A stretch of DNA of 63,519 nucleotides, filler included, from Reclinomonas americana ATCC 50394 (taxonomy: Eukaryota), in NCBI GenBank assembly GCA_048213135.1. It is 17 parts of 17 records of this genome, joined end to end, with 100 filler letters (N's around TTAATTAATTAA, not from the genome) between each part and the next. Parts side by side here need not be neighbours in the genome. Positions count along the whole stretch, not along the records: positions 1 to 5,789 come from AFZH01024161.1; positions 5,890 to 11,800 come from AFZH01024162.1; 15 more parts are not named here. One strand, given 5' to 3'. The translations under genes and the position numbers were made by a program. Shown here piece after piece: positions 1 to 11,900 of this stretch (positions are counted from its first letter, which is position 1; every line of letters starts with the position of its first letter). A model generated the notes under the pieces. The model did no database searches. It saw only the letters and a program-made list of their open reading frames with translations, and was not told the origin of the DNA.

Positions 1-120
1 CGTCTCTCCCTCTCGCTCGCTCGCTCGCTTTTCCGTGTGCATTGAGTTATGGTTGAGAGAGAGATAGATGGTGTGGTCGCAGAGCAGTGGCAACAGTAGC
101 AGCATTAGTTAGTGTTGTAT

Positions 121-835
121 TCATTGATGACGAGGCCATGGTGGTGGTGGTGGTGGTGGCGGTACAGGGTGGTGTTGTTGTTGCTGAGCTTGCCGTCGGC
201 TTCTTCGCTCCACATGCCGCACAAACACCAATTCGGCTCCATTGTGCACACCAAGTGCACGCAGCGACGGTTGCAAGTGTAGCTCATCGCCGGTCAGCGG
301 CGGCAACAGCAGACCACCGCCGACACTCAATCGCTGTCGCTTCCACACGTATCGCCTGCATGACACAAAAACGAGGCGAGACATTTGAAACTTGGCCCTT
401 TCGCCAAAAGGCGCGCACAGCACACACAAACCAGCTGATACGACGCGGTCGAATGAGTGGCTCCTCGCGTACACGAATGGCGAGCTCAATGGCGCGTCGG
501 AGCTCCACGAGACCCTCATCGGGACGCACCACAATCGCTGCCAACAAGTCAGAGCACGCCTGCAGACGCAAGACACACTCACACGCAACGAATCCTCTCG
601 CCACCGTCCTTGCACAGCGTCAGCGTCCACGCAGAGCCCATCTCCGCCGCCAACAAACGCTGCACATCGTCAACTCGACACTCTGCGTGTGCGGCAAAAA
701 ATCAGTCAGACAGACAAGACGCACAACAGCTTGCGTTCAGTGCCGCGCACCTGCAGGCACATCCTGCAGCAACGGGTGCTCAAGAAGCCGCGCAATCTCC
801 GCCTCCACGTCGCCCTCTTCTCCTTCTCCAAGCAT
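121..835 (-). CDS. SNRNP25: U11/U12 snRNP 25 kDa protein (minor spliceosome, ubiquitin-like fold); 4 exons 835-751, 682-590, 537-432, 355-121
   Basis: Spliced translation (172 aa) MLGEGEEGDVEAEIARLLEHPLLQDVPAECRVDDVQRLLAAEMGSAWTLTLCKDGGERIPIVVRPDEGLVELRRAIELAIRVREEPLIRPRRISWRYVWKRQRL...LRALGVHNGAELVFVRH matches the SNRNP25 pattern (DPLLxDLP, ALExGxAxTxxxCK, ISWxYVW, LxxxGxxNxxExxF). All three GT-AG introns keep frame. An alternative in-frame ATG lies at 853. Confidence 0.9.
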
Positions 836-1010
836 GCATACGAAACACAACATGGAAATTTCCCTTCGTGTGTTTCTCTCGTCACAATGAACCCTGTGCG
901 TTGTCGGCGCACACTCCCTCGCCCACTCACTCGCCCACTCACCGCCACTCTCACAGGACGACATTGAGTACAAGTTAGAAGTGCAGCGATCCGTGCGCGC
1001 GCACAAGAAC
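836..1010. promoter_or_regulatory. Putative bidirectional promoter between SNRNP25 and U2SURP
   Basis: 175 bp between divergent start codons, with three tandem copies of a CGCC(C)ACTC(TC)AC motif at about 920-953. Confidence 0.5.
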
Positions 1011-4000
1011 ATGGTGAAGAAGCAGCGCGAGGACGAGGAACGACGCAAGCGCGAGGCCGAGGACGCTGCCGCACAAGAGCTGCAGACGTTTGTGCAGGCA
1101 TTCGTGGCGACGCCAACGCCAGCCCGAAAAAGCGCGTCGGCACCACTGGCGTCGCCGTTTGTGCGCGGCGGTGTGCTGGACCCCGGCAAGAACGTGATCA
1201 CTGCAAGCGGCGAGTCGACCGCTGCGACTGTGGCCACTGCGCACTCGTCTCCTCCGCGAGTGCCCTCTGCATTGCCGCTGCCGGCCGCGGGAGATGCGGT
1301 GCTGGCGATGGATGAGGCGGAGCAGCGATGGTTGCGCGAGGAGAAGGAGCGTGAGAAGAAGGAGCGTGCAAAGCGCAGGTTTCAGGCGGAGTTGGGCGTG
1401 TCGTCGTCGACGGCGGCGACGAGCAGTGCGGCGAGTGGGAGGCAGCGCGAGCTCGATGCGTACCTGTTGGAGATGAAAAAGTTGCGGCGTTTTTTGCTTG
1501 CTTGCAGGTATCTCTCTCTCATTGGGTGCACGCAGAGCGCGAGAGGAGCGAGAGATGGCGGCCAAGAGGAGGGAGGAGGCGGGCGCGTCGCCGGCTATTG
1601 TGTCGTCGTCTTGTTGCGTTGCGGTGCCTTGCATGCACCGTTTCCTTTTCTGCGAGTTGTGACGCGATTGCATGCAGCATCCGGGAGCCACCACGATTCC
1701 ACCGAGCCCGACTCCACGAATCTGTACGTCGGCAACCTGAGTCCGTCGGTGACCGAGGAGGACTTGCTGAGGGAGTTTGGAAAGTACGTGTGCAATCGCG
1801 TTGAGGTCATCTCTTGCAAATGTATGGCTCATCCGGCTTGCAGGTACGGCGCAGTCGGCAGCGTCAAGATCATGTGGCCGCGTACAGCCGAGGAGCGCGA
1901 TCGGAAGCGAACCAACTCGGGATTCGTGGCGTTCATGAAACGTGAAGAAGCCGGGCGTGCCTTGTCCGCGCTGTCGGGTTTGTTGTTCCTGCATGTGATG
2001 GCACGTGACGACGAGTGTTACTGATTAATGGCCGCAGGTGTCATGCTGCAAGGGTGTGAACTGCGTGTGGGATGGGGCAAGAAGGTCCCGCTGCCCCCAC
2101 GGCCAATCACCTGTGCGTCTGCTCGTTACTGTGAGATGATCGGGGTGGAGTCTCACGCATTTCTATTTTTTTGTCGTGCAGCAATGGGGTCGTCGCAGGG
2201 TGATGCACCGGTGAGCGTATGCTGTTCCATCCACTCTTCATATATCTCTCTGCTGACAATCTCTGCCACAGGCTGCTGCCAGTGTGGGTGTGGTTCCGAA
2301 TGGTGCGCTCACGCGGCGAGTTTGCTTCTCAGTGCCCGTGATGCTCATTTCCTTGTGCAGCATACGGCGTGCGCTCCACGGGTCAGATTCAGGTTGCGCT
2401 GCCGTCCGACGAAAAGACACGCAAGCTGATCGATCGACTCGCCAAGTACGTGGTGAAGGAGGGCTATCAATTTGAGGTATGCTTCGCCTTCCCTTGTTTC
2501 TTTGTTCGCCGTTTGAAGTGCGCTGTTTTTGTGTGCCACAGCTGGCGGTGTCGGAAAAGGAGCACGGCAATCTCGATTTCTCGTTCCTCTTCTTCAACGG
2601 GACTCCCGACAATGTGTACTACCGCTGGCGGATATTCTCGCTGGCTCAGGTGTGCCATCAGGGCGTTGTTTATTTTCTGTGTGGAATACTCTTCATTCAC
2701 CCGTTGTAACAGGGTGACACGCTGCGCGTGTGGCGGACAACGCCCTTTCAAATGTTTGCTGGCAACACCCTGTGGGTACCGCCACCTTGCAAGGATGCCC
2801 CTGTTGCGCACAATTCTCTCTCTCTCTCTTTCTCGTTCCGCGTCCCTCGGATTACTTACAGAGCACGCTGTTCAGCCTCCCGACGCTCGAGCCTCAGCCG
2901 TTGACGCGGAGTCGGGATCGACGTTGCTCGGTGTGCCGACGCGGAAACGCGTTCGTATCCTCAGCGACAGGCGACGGAAAGAGTTTTCGGTGAGCAATGT
3001 GAGCCTCTCTCATTATTGGTGCATCCAAACATGTACACTCACCGCCAATTGTTGATGTATTCAGGATCTGTTGGACAAGTTGACGGTGGAGAAAGATCGC
3101 GTGCGCGACGCCATGATGTTTGCGTTGGACTTTGCCGACGCTTCGGAAGAGGTTTGTGTGCGCTTCTACCAAGTTCTTGCTCACCTCGATGCTAAATTCC
3201 GTTGACGCTACTGCATAGGTCATTGACATGATCGCGGATTCGATGGCCAAGGAGGATGCGGAGCCGGCACGACGCTTTGCGTTGCTGTTCTTGGTCTCCG
3301 ACATTCTGTTCAACACCGGGTCGTCGAAAGTCAATGCCGGCCAGTATCGTTCCGGGTTTGTTGTCTGTCCTCTTCTCCTCTTCGTCCGCTGCCGCAGCTT
3401 CCTGACGAATCTGCGTGCGCTGCAGTTTCCAAGCTGTTCTGGTCGACATGTTTTCCGCGTTGAATGACATGTACCGTCGCGCTGGTGGTCGTTTCACTGC
3501 CGAGCTGATCAAAGAGAACGTGGTGCGCGTGCTGCGCGTGTGGGAGCGCTGGTCGCTCTACCCGCCACTCTTCATCCAGCGACTCGAAGCCACCCTGATT
3601 CGCGACAAGAACGCCGAAGCCAAGGCGGAAGAGCGCTCTGCGGCATCGTCGACAACCACACCAATGTCAACGTCGGTGCATGCAACTAGCGCGAGTGCCG
3701 TCAAGGACACTCCTCGGAGACGTGCAGAGGTGAGTGTCTTTCCTTTGTGTGATTTCGCTCAGTAGTTTTTCTGACGCTGATACCAGGCTCTCGCCGAGGC
3801 GCCGTACGATCCCGCGAATCCACCAATCTTGCCAGTGGAGCACATTTCGTTTGCACTTACCGAAGCCATTGGCTCTGCCGATCCTCCACCACCACCGCCC
3901 CCACCGCCACCATCTTCTTCGTCAGCAACAGCCCCGCCCAAGCCTCCATCCCAGGCAGGAGGTGGAAGGACGCCTGCAGCTGAGGAGTCGCGCTTGATGT

Positions 4001-5041
4001 ATGCCTACGAACCGGAACCGGAACCGCCCGAGGAAGTTCCGCGTGCTGCTGAGGATGCTGATTGCACCATGTCACTTACGTGATACTCTTTCAGGTCGCT
4101 CCAAGTCATCCGCTTGGCTTGTTTGGTGCACCGATTCCGGCCGGTCGGCAACGAGGTCTGTGATGGTCGGCGGGTGGTGATTTCTTTTGCCTGTGTGTCA
4201 CACTGGTTGCAGTGCCGTCGGTTTCGAGTCCCACTGCTGTGGCTTCATTACCAACGGCCATTCGCGCAAGCGATGACGGACCGGACACGCCGCCACCCGA
4301 AGACATCGACAGTGAGGAGGATGTGGATCCGCGTGAAGCGCTGCGGCAACGACAGCACCAGCACTCTGCCTCGTCTCACTCGCACCACTCGCAAAGTCAG
4401 CGTGCCCACGATGGTGCTTGTTGCCCGTGCCCTTCTTGTATTCCTCCACTGCGTGACTAACTTGTGCTTCCTCAATGGCGCAGCTCGTGCTAATGACACC
4501 GTGGAAGACGAAGAGACGAGGAAGCGACTGCGACAAGTGGAAGTTGCGTCGTCACCGACTACACTTTAGAGACGCCGTGTTACTAATGATCCGGCAGGTG
4601 GAGATTCTGAAGCTGCGCGATGCGCTGGAGAGCCAGGGCCTGCCACCCAGCGCCGTGGAGGAGCGGTGCAGAGCGCGACGAGCGGAGATGATTGCCAATG
4701 TGCATCGCTCGCCCACCATCGCAGCAGCCGACAACAGCAGCCGGCATCCATCCTCATCGTCGTCGTCGTCGTCGTCATCCAATCGTCGACGAGAGCCATC
4801 ACCGGAGCGACATCGCGACCGCCGTGACCGCGAGCACGACCGAGACAGCCGAGATTATCGGGACCGAGATAGAGATCGCGACCGAGACCGTGATCGGGAT
4901 CGCGATCGCGATCGTGACAGAGACCGAGATCGAGATTATCACAGGCGACCACCACCGCCGCCGCCGCCGCCACCATCAGGCAAGCGCGGTTCCAGTCGCA
5001 GTCCGTCAGGGTCGCCACCACGCAATCGGCAGCGGCGTTGA
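1011..5041 (+). CDS. U2SURP: U2 snRNP-associated SURP motif protein (SR140), multi-exon
   Basis: RRM (TNLYVGNLSPSV; VKIMWPRT; SGFVAFM; LRVGWGKKV), SURP (LIDRLAKYVVKEGYQFE; FSFLF; YYRWRIFSL), CID-like region (LFLVSDILFN; VLRVWERWSLYP), cwf21-like (LRQVEVEILKLRDALE) and an RD/RS-rich tail, in the canonical SR140 order. Some internal exon borders are uncertain. Confidence 0.93.
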
Positions 5042-5348
5042 CGACACGTCAGTTAATGAATGGGAACAATGTGTGAATTCGTGACAGCAACAATGTGGCA
5101 GGTCGATTCCACCGCCACCGTAGCAGTTGTCAGCTGATCCAGTCCATCGCGTAATGCAGCAACAGTCTCCACTGCGATGCAGGGGAACCGCAGCCACTCT
5201 GCGCCACTGCTATTGTCCGCAGTCCATTGCGTTGCGAGGCTGCTGCGGGCATCAACGCAAAATGTGCATCCGGCACTGCAATGCACACACACACACACAC
5301 ACACACACAGAAGGAATGAGGGGCTCGTGTGTGTGAGGTGTGGGTGGA

Positions 5349-5937
5349 TTATGGAATACGACTGGCAAACCGTTCCAGCGACAGCAGAGACTCCACGACA
5401 CTGTCGACGGTGATGCCGGAGAGTGCCCACAGATGCGGACACAGCTCCACCAACGCACGGTGCACGGTCAACAATGCGTCGCTGACTATGGCACGCAGCA
5501 CGTACGGCTCGAGTCCCGGCACCGAGATCAGCAGCAAGTCAATGTCGGTGTGACCGAAGCTCGGTGACACAGGGCCGACGGTGGTAGCATGCTGAACGGG
5601 GATACGATAAGCAGACTTGAATCGTGCACTGCCGGAAGAAAACATGAATCCTCACCGACAAGTGCTCGGGGCTGACCACGAACAGACAGCCGATGCAGTC
5701 ACGCAGCTGCGTCGGTCGGAATCGCACGTCACTCTCCGTCGTCAGCACTCCGTGTCGGATGACAACCTGTCGCGAGAATGACATGAGGCNNNNNNNNNNN
5801 NNNNNNNNNNNNNNNNNNNNNNNNNNNNNNNNNTTAATTAATTAANNNNNNNNNNNNNNNNNNNNNNNNNNNNNNNNNNNNNNNNNNNNCCTGTGAGAAC
5901 AAAAGTACAGTCAACTGAAACAACTGGCAAGGGTACG

Positions 5938-5968
<31 letters not shown>

Positions 5969-8839
5969 CACAAACACACCAATGTCAACAATGGTGGTTG
6001 CAGGCTGCTGCCGACAAATGCCAGCAATGGCCAGCTCCATGTCGAGATCTGTGCGCAGTAAACCCGACAACCGCGGTCGTTGTCGCATTGCCAGCCTGCC
6101 GGTACCGTGTGGAAGAGTGGCGATGGTGGGTCTGTCGCAGAAGTTTCGCGACGCGTGAGCAATCGATGAGACGCGGAACAAGAGATACTCTCTCTCCCTC
6201 TCTCTCCCTCACCCTGTGCGTCGAGTCATCACCACTTCGCCTCCCTCTTGCGCTCGCCGGTGCACTCGGAATTGAGCATCGATGAAGAATGTGGTGTCGT
6301 CGAGGCTCCTCATCTGCCGACCCGAGTCGGTGAGCGCTGCGGAGTGAGGGTCGGTGGATCAGTCACAACGCTGGAGCAAACGGTGGATACACCTGTATCA
6401 TACACAACTCCACATGCGCGCAATGAGCGGACCAAACTTGGCCATGGTGGTGCGCCTCGAGTGGTTGACATGGTACACTCGACTGACGGCGGTGACATTG
6501 ATGATCGCCCAGCGCTCGCGCTGCAGCAGACGATACAAGACCCACGGGTCCCAGTGATTCATGCCGGCGTAGAAATCGAGAAGCGGAGGAATGGCGCCTT
6601 GGACATGCACGCTCATGAGTCGCTGCGCGTGCGTGCGCGAGGAGATGGCGAGAGAGAGACTGATAACAAACCGGGAGTGTGTACAAAATAATCGATGCCA
6701 GTCGGTCCGTGTGGCTTGGCCGCGCGCACCTGTGGCATGCTCGAAAACCTGGCCTCCCAGTCGGAATCCTGCAGCGGGTCGCCGGGCACGCCATCCATGT
6801 CCCACCGCTCACCCACGAGCACAAAATCGGGAAATGTGGCGACGGCTGTCTCCAGTGCCTGCCGAGCAACAGTGAGAGGCGGCCACGGGCCGAGAAGGGT
6901 TGGGTGCGCACGTGACGCAACTCGACGCAGGGAAGATGCATGCACAACGATATCGCTGTTGATAAACATGTGCACTGGCGTGTCGTCGCCACACAGCTGG
7001 TGACCAGCGTCAAACACGCGACGCAGCAGCGGAATGTCGAACTCGCCGCGACGTATGCCAAGCGACTGTCGCGCCAACGTGAGTGGGAGCTGGTGACACA
7101 GGAGAGAGAGAGAGTGTGTGTGTGAAAGTTTGACGCACCTCCATGCCACAGTGGCTGATGGTGCCGACAGGAAAGCGTTGCAGCAACCACTCGCAGTCGT
7201 CGGAAAAGAGCACGAGACGAGCGAGCTTGAGTCGCGTCCACGAGGCAATCGCAGCATAGACGGCTGGCAGAGCAAGATGAGCAGGTGCAGTGCACTGAGC
7301 AGCAGTCGGCGAGACGCACCAAGTTGACTGCTCACTTCCTGCAGCGACTTGACCAGCGAGTACACACAAATCGCGCCGGTATCCCTGCACCAGTGAGAGT
7401 CAGCGATGCACATGAGTGAGTGCTCTGGCGCATCGTCAAAGGCTCACCACTGCGGCATGGTGCGCGCCAATCGGGTCGGGTCGAATCGGAGACGCGGCGG
7501 CACGGGTGTCGGCTGAATCCCGGTGCTTCGGAACCACCAGAGCGGCTGCCGTGCGGCGGGCACGGGAGCTGTCACAGTGTTGGACGAGCTCCAAGCGGCC
7601 GCCGACACGGCCCAGTAGTCGGAGCGGAAGACGATCTGTGCGCGCACACCAGTGAGACGAAATGAGATGCACGAGTTGGGGTATCCAAGAAAGACGAAAC
7701 CACTGGCGGGCGTGCGACACTCCGCACGAGACGACAGGCGATGGGCAGGAGGATGCCGAGCGGCACATCCATCCCGCGCGTCTTGTAGACGTGGTGAAGG
7801 AGGTCGTGCACGAGGGGCAACTGCAGCAGCGACCGCGCAATCATCTGCATGCACCCCGTCAGCGACAGAGTGTGTGGCGAGGTGGGCGGTAAAGGACAGG
7901 CAACGCACCAGATTGTGCGAGTCCCACTCATCGTACACCTCGGCGAGTGGCATCACGGAGTGCTCCTCGTCGGCGCGACCCACATGCTGCAGGAACTCGC
8001 GAACGACTGCACGCAGGCGATGCGGCAATGCAGTCTCGTGTCGAATCGAACGCCACACCACGACATCGACGCCAGAGGTCAGCAAGAAGCGCGGGCAGAA
8101 CGGCAACGGCGAGCCTGCAGGCGCGCACACACATTGTGTGAGATGCAGCTTCGTTACATTCCCCGCCTCACCAAATACGCACCGAGAAAGAACTGCGAGT
8201 CCACCAGCCACACACTCGCCTCGTCCGCCTCCGCCTCGTCGAGAACCACCTCCCACCACGGCTGCTTGGTGACGACGCTTCGCGGTCGCGCCTCGCGTGT
8301 ACGTGCAGCAGCGTCGCGCAGCACCGCCTCCACCATGCCGTTCACCTCCGTCGTCGTCGACACCACCACATGCACAGCATACGAGCCGGCCGCCGCAAAG
8401 TCCATCACGAAGCGATCCAGCATCGCCAGTGCCAGAGAGGCCGACCAGTGGCGATGAACTGGTGGTGCGTCTGCAAATGCAGTGAGCAGAGGAGCGAGAG
8501 GGTGAGCAGAGGACAACTCGCGCAACTCATGCTCAACACAATGCGCATTCTCGGAGTCGCCAGTCGCTCATTGCATCGCGTATGTGTATCGATGAGCGGT
8601 GGCGTAGTTGGCTGCGGTCGTGGCGGGAACGGGAACCAGTCGTCGTCGTCGTCGCGCCGGTTGTGGCGGCTGCGCAACTCGGAACGCACATCAAAGTCGA
8701 AAGCGTCGCTCGTGCTGCGACCGGGGCCGTCGGAGTTGCGCAGAACGAGAATGAACAGGAGGAGGAGAGAGGTGAGTGTAGCGACGACGAGGGTTATGGT
8801 GAGGAGGAGGAGCCGAGAGGAGCAGCAGCGGAGTGGCAT
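5349..8839 (-). CDS. Type II membrane glycosyltransferase-like protein with possible C-terminal FkbM-like methyltransferase domain (multi-exon, crosses a gap)
   Basis: N-terminal TM anchor (LLLLTITLVVATLTSLLLLFILV) and stem; GT-A-like motifs MFINSDI, LVGERWD, GIDYFV, GMNHWDPW, VYHVNH; then TIVDIG before the gap and DIDLLLISVPGLEPYVLRA...LVELCPHLW after it. The exon chain is only partly resolved and could be two genes. Confidence 0.55.
5790..5889. other. Artificial contig spacer N44-TTAATTAATTAA-N44 (first of 16)
   Basis: The same six-frame-stop linker also occupies 11801-11900, 17220-17319, 18556-18655, 19987-20086, 21394-21493, 24219-24318, 33182-33281, 35868-35967, 37692-37791, 39562-39661, 42122-42221, 45507-45606, 53166-53265, 57631-57730 and 62322-62421. 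Confidence 0.98.
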
Positions 8840-9277
8840 GTTGCGCGCGGCATCGAGAATTGGTCGGAGTGGACAATGGAGGGAGATGACTCATGACTGC
8901 ATCTGAGACGGGTGTGCAGTGCAGTCGTGCACAGCTGGCAAGCGAGCGAGTGGGGGAGGGAGGAAGCGGAGAGGGAAAAGGAGGGGGTTTGCCATGACAT
9001 GCAGCGTGGGGCAAGGTACGCGGGCGTGGGGAATGAGATGAGGACAGCTGAGCCTGCGTAGCATAGTGGTATTGCGTCGCACTCGTAATGCGAAGGTCGG
9101 GTGTTCAATTCACCCCGCAGGCATCGTTCTTTTTTGATTTTCTTTTTTTTTTCCTCAACAATCGATGCTGCTGCTGTTCTTCTGCCTGGTGGTGGTGTGT
9201 GTGCATTGAAAGTATGGCGTACTCGAACATTCCAATAATCCCTTTACACAAAAACTCCCATTCGCATCCACTTCCAC

Positions 9278-9693
9278 TCAGCGCTTGGTGGGATTGGTGG
9301 CCAGCTGCACAGCGTGTGTCGTCGTCAGTCACCCCATCCTCAATAACAACAATAACAAGAGACAACAGCCGCAGCGCACCTTTTCGCCAAACTGTGTGAT
9401 ATCGCACGTCACGCGCGGCTTGTAGCCCAGCTCGGTGCGCTCCGCCAGTGGCTCCGTGTCCCAGCCGTACTCGTGCGAGGCCACCTGCGGTCGCGTGTTC
9501 TTCTCACGCGGCAGCTTGTGCAACCGGCGCAGTGATTGCGTGAACTCGGCTGCAGCAACGAGAGGGAAAGAGAGACAGAACGAAACAGTCAGCGGAAAAA
9601 GGGAAGGGTAAGAGGAAAGGAGTCTGGCGGACCGGCTGTTGTTCCTTCCATGTCTCTGTCTTTCTATCCGTCGCTGACGCGCAGTGCGTTGAG

Positions 9694-9724
<31 letters not shown>

Positions 9725-10981
9725 CTTGCTCTTGTTGTTCTTCTTCTTGCTCTTGTTGTTCTTTTTCTTTTTCTTCTTTTCCCCCTTCTCCTCCTTTTCC
9801 TTCTTCTTCTTCTTCCCCTCCTTCTTCTCTCCTGACGCAATCAGCCTCTGTCCCTGCTTCCTTTATCTCCTTCACTCTCCTTCTCTCTCCTCAGACGACA
9901 GGGCTGTACGCCACGAGAACCGCCAGTGCATCGCCACCACTTGCTCGAGAATGAGAGGAAGAGCACACACAGGGAGACAAGGAGTGGAGGAGTCGGTCAT
10001 GGCATTGCGAGAGAGGAGAGAGGAGGGAATATCAAGCGGCCGGACTCACTCAGCTTCAGTTCTTTCTTCCCTTTCTCCACCCAGCCCAGGCACACAAGAT
10101 ACTCAGTGCACTGAGAGGAGAGACAGGCTCTGCTCCCCTCCCTTCGCCCTCTCCTCAGACACAGTGCTTCGAGAGATCAGGACTCGGCCTCTATCCTTGC
10201 CTCTTTCTCTGCTGTACTCCGTTGTCCTCTCCTCAGACGTGCAGCAGGCGGAGAGGTGGAGCACAGAGACGACCTCCGGCTCTGCGTTTCTCCCAGTGAT
10301 GTCTGCTTTCTCTCCTTCCTCCCCTCCCTTCACCCTCTAAACAAACACACACTGCTTCGAGATCCTGCCTCTTTCTCTTCTGTACCTCTTCGCCCTCTCC
10401 TCAGAAGAGCAGCAGGTGGAGTGGAGCACAGTGACAACCTCCTTCAGCTTCTGGCCCTGCGTTCCTCCCTGCCTCCCTGCTCCTTCCTCCCTCCCCCTTT
10501 CCCTTCTCCCCCTCCACCCTCCCGCCACGACACGCAACGATCAATCTCCTCTGCACTCCGCGTGGCCTGCAGACCACCACGACTGCCACCGAGCGATCCG
10601 GCTGTTCGCGTGGCCGTGGTCGCCGTCGCCGTCGCCGTCGCCGTCGCATTCTGTCGCCTCGCAGCACGCTCCTGCTGCTTCCGCTCAATCGACTCGAGCA
10701 GATACGCCTCCTTATCCAGGAAATGCGTCGGCCGCTTCGTCGGCTTCTCCGCAATGTCAGCCACTGTGGGGTGAGAGATAAGAATGAGAGACGGAAAAAC
10801 TCAGCGTGAAAAGCGGGCAGTGTGTGTGTGCCTCTCCGTTGTCATGCACGCAACATCGACGAGGATCGACAGAGAAGGTGGGCGGTGCACCGCCCGAGAG
10901 CACGTGCTTCTCCTTGTTCACATGCTCCACCCAGATCGAGTTCTTGCACACCTCGTCGATCTTTTCCGTCTTCCAGTTCAT
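9278..10981 (-). CDS. CFAP144: Cilia- and flagella-associated protein 144 (FAM183 family); exons 10981-10855, 10763-10539, 9549-9380, 9304-9278
   Basis: Spliced protein contains IDEVCKNSIWVEHVNKEK, FSVDP, IAEKP and LPREKNTRPQVASHEYGWDTEPL...VTCDITQF, matching FAM183 motifs (DxVxxNxIxxExxxKE; PxxKYxxPQTxxQExGW; xDITxY). Intron phases are consistent. Confidence 0.82.
9696..9830 (+). repeat. (TTC)n/pyrimidine-rich microsatellite in CFAP144 intron 2
   Basis: Direct observation. It produces the spurious poly-E/poly-L ORFs in the track. Confidence 0.9.
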
Positions 10982-11175
10982 CTTGTTTGCGGTGTTGTTT
11001 CCCAAAGAGCACGCACGGTGAGCGTTTTCGGGAGGGGCGAAGAGAGAGCGTGCTTCAGAGGGGTGAGTCACGCCGAAAACGGACGCGAGCGGAATTGTCG
11101 ACCGTTGAACATTTTACCGCGCGCGCGTGATCTCGCACACACTGCTGCCTCAACGCCACACTAAACGAACAAGCC
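10982..11175. promoter_or_regulatory. Putative bidirectional promoter between CFAP144 and MYCBP
   Basis: 194 bp between divergent ATGs (10981 minus, 11176 plus). Confidence 0.5.
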
Positions 11176-11705
11176 ATGTCGTACCAGGTAATGTCTCACG
11201 CACACGCACACACACGCGCACAGTGAGAGAGAGAGAGACAGAGTGTGTGTGTGCGCGTGGAAATGTCGTCGCTCACGGGTGTGAGTCCCAACAGTCACCC
11301 GATTCACGAAAGGAGCAGTTCCGCAAGTACCTCGAGAGCACAGGTGTGATTGATGTGTTCACCAAGGTGCTCGTGGCATTGTACGAGGAGCCTGAGCGAC
11401 CGTCGAATCCGATCGAGTTGCGTCCCCTCTCTCTGTTGTTGATGATTGTCGATGCACACCACTCGCTCACTCTTCTTGTCTGTGCGACTCAGGTACATCA
11501 AGCAGTATCTGGGCGCACCCTCCTCCGACGAGCACCAGCGTGAGCAAGAGGAGCTCGCCGCACTGCGTGCAAAGAACGAGGAGTTGCAGCGACGGATTCA
11601 AGAACTCGAGTCGGTGCGTGTCTCTTTCTCTGCTACTCCTGTCTCCTCCTCATGAGCGTGATGACTGAATGGTGTGATGTGGCTGGCACACAGGGTGGTC
11701 AGTAA
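11176..11705 (+). CDS. MYCBP: c-Myc-binding protein / FAP174 homolog; exons 11176-11187, 11295-11416, 11493-11613, 11694-11705
   Basis: MSYQSPDSRKEQFRKYLESTGVIDVFTKVLVALYEEPERPSNPIEYIKQYLGAP plus a coiled coil is the MYCBP/AMY-1 signature. Confidence 0.93.
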
Positions 11706-11900
11706 AGGTTGTCTGTTGGTGGGAGCAATGGGCCGTGGATGGTTGCCGGCATGTTTCTGTGAGGGTCGGTGAAGTGTACAGATGTACTGTCTTTTTTTTT
11801 NNNNNNNNNNNNNNNNNNNNNNNNNNNNNNNNNNNNNNNNNNNNTTAATTAATTAANNNNNNNNNNNNNNNNNNNNNNNNNNNNNNNNNNNNNNNNNNNN

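Noticed and set aside
5834..5845. TTAATTAATTAA recurring 16 times
   Set aside because: Always centred in N runs; an artificial six-frame-stop linker, not a biological repeat or target site.
9504..10340. Poly-Glu, poly-Leu and poly-Phe ORFs
   Set aside because: Translations of intronic (TTC)n low-complexity DNA.
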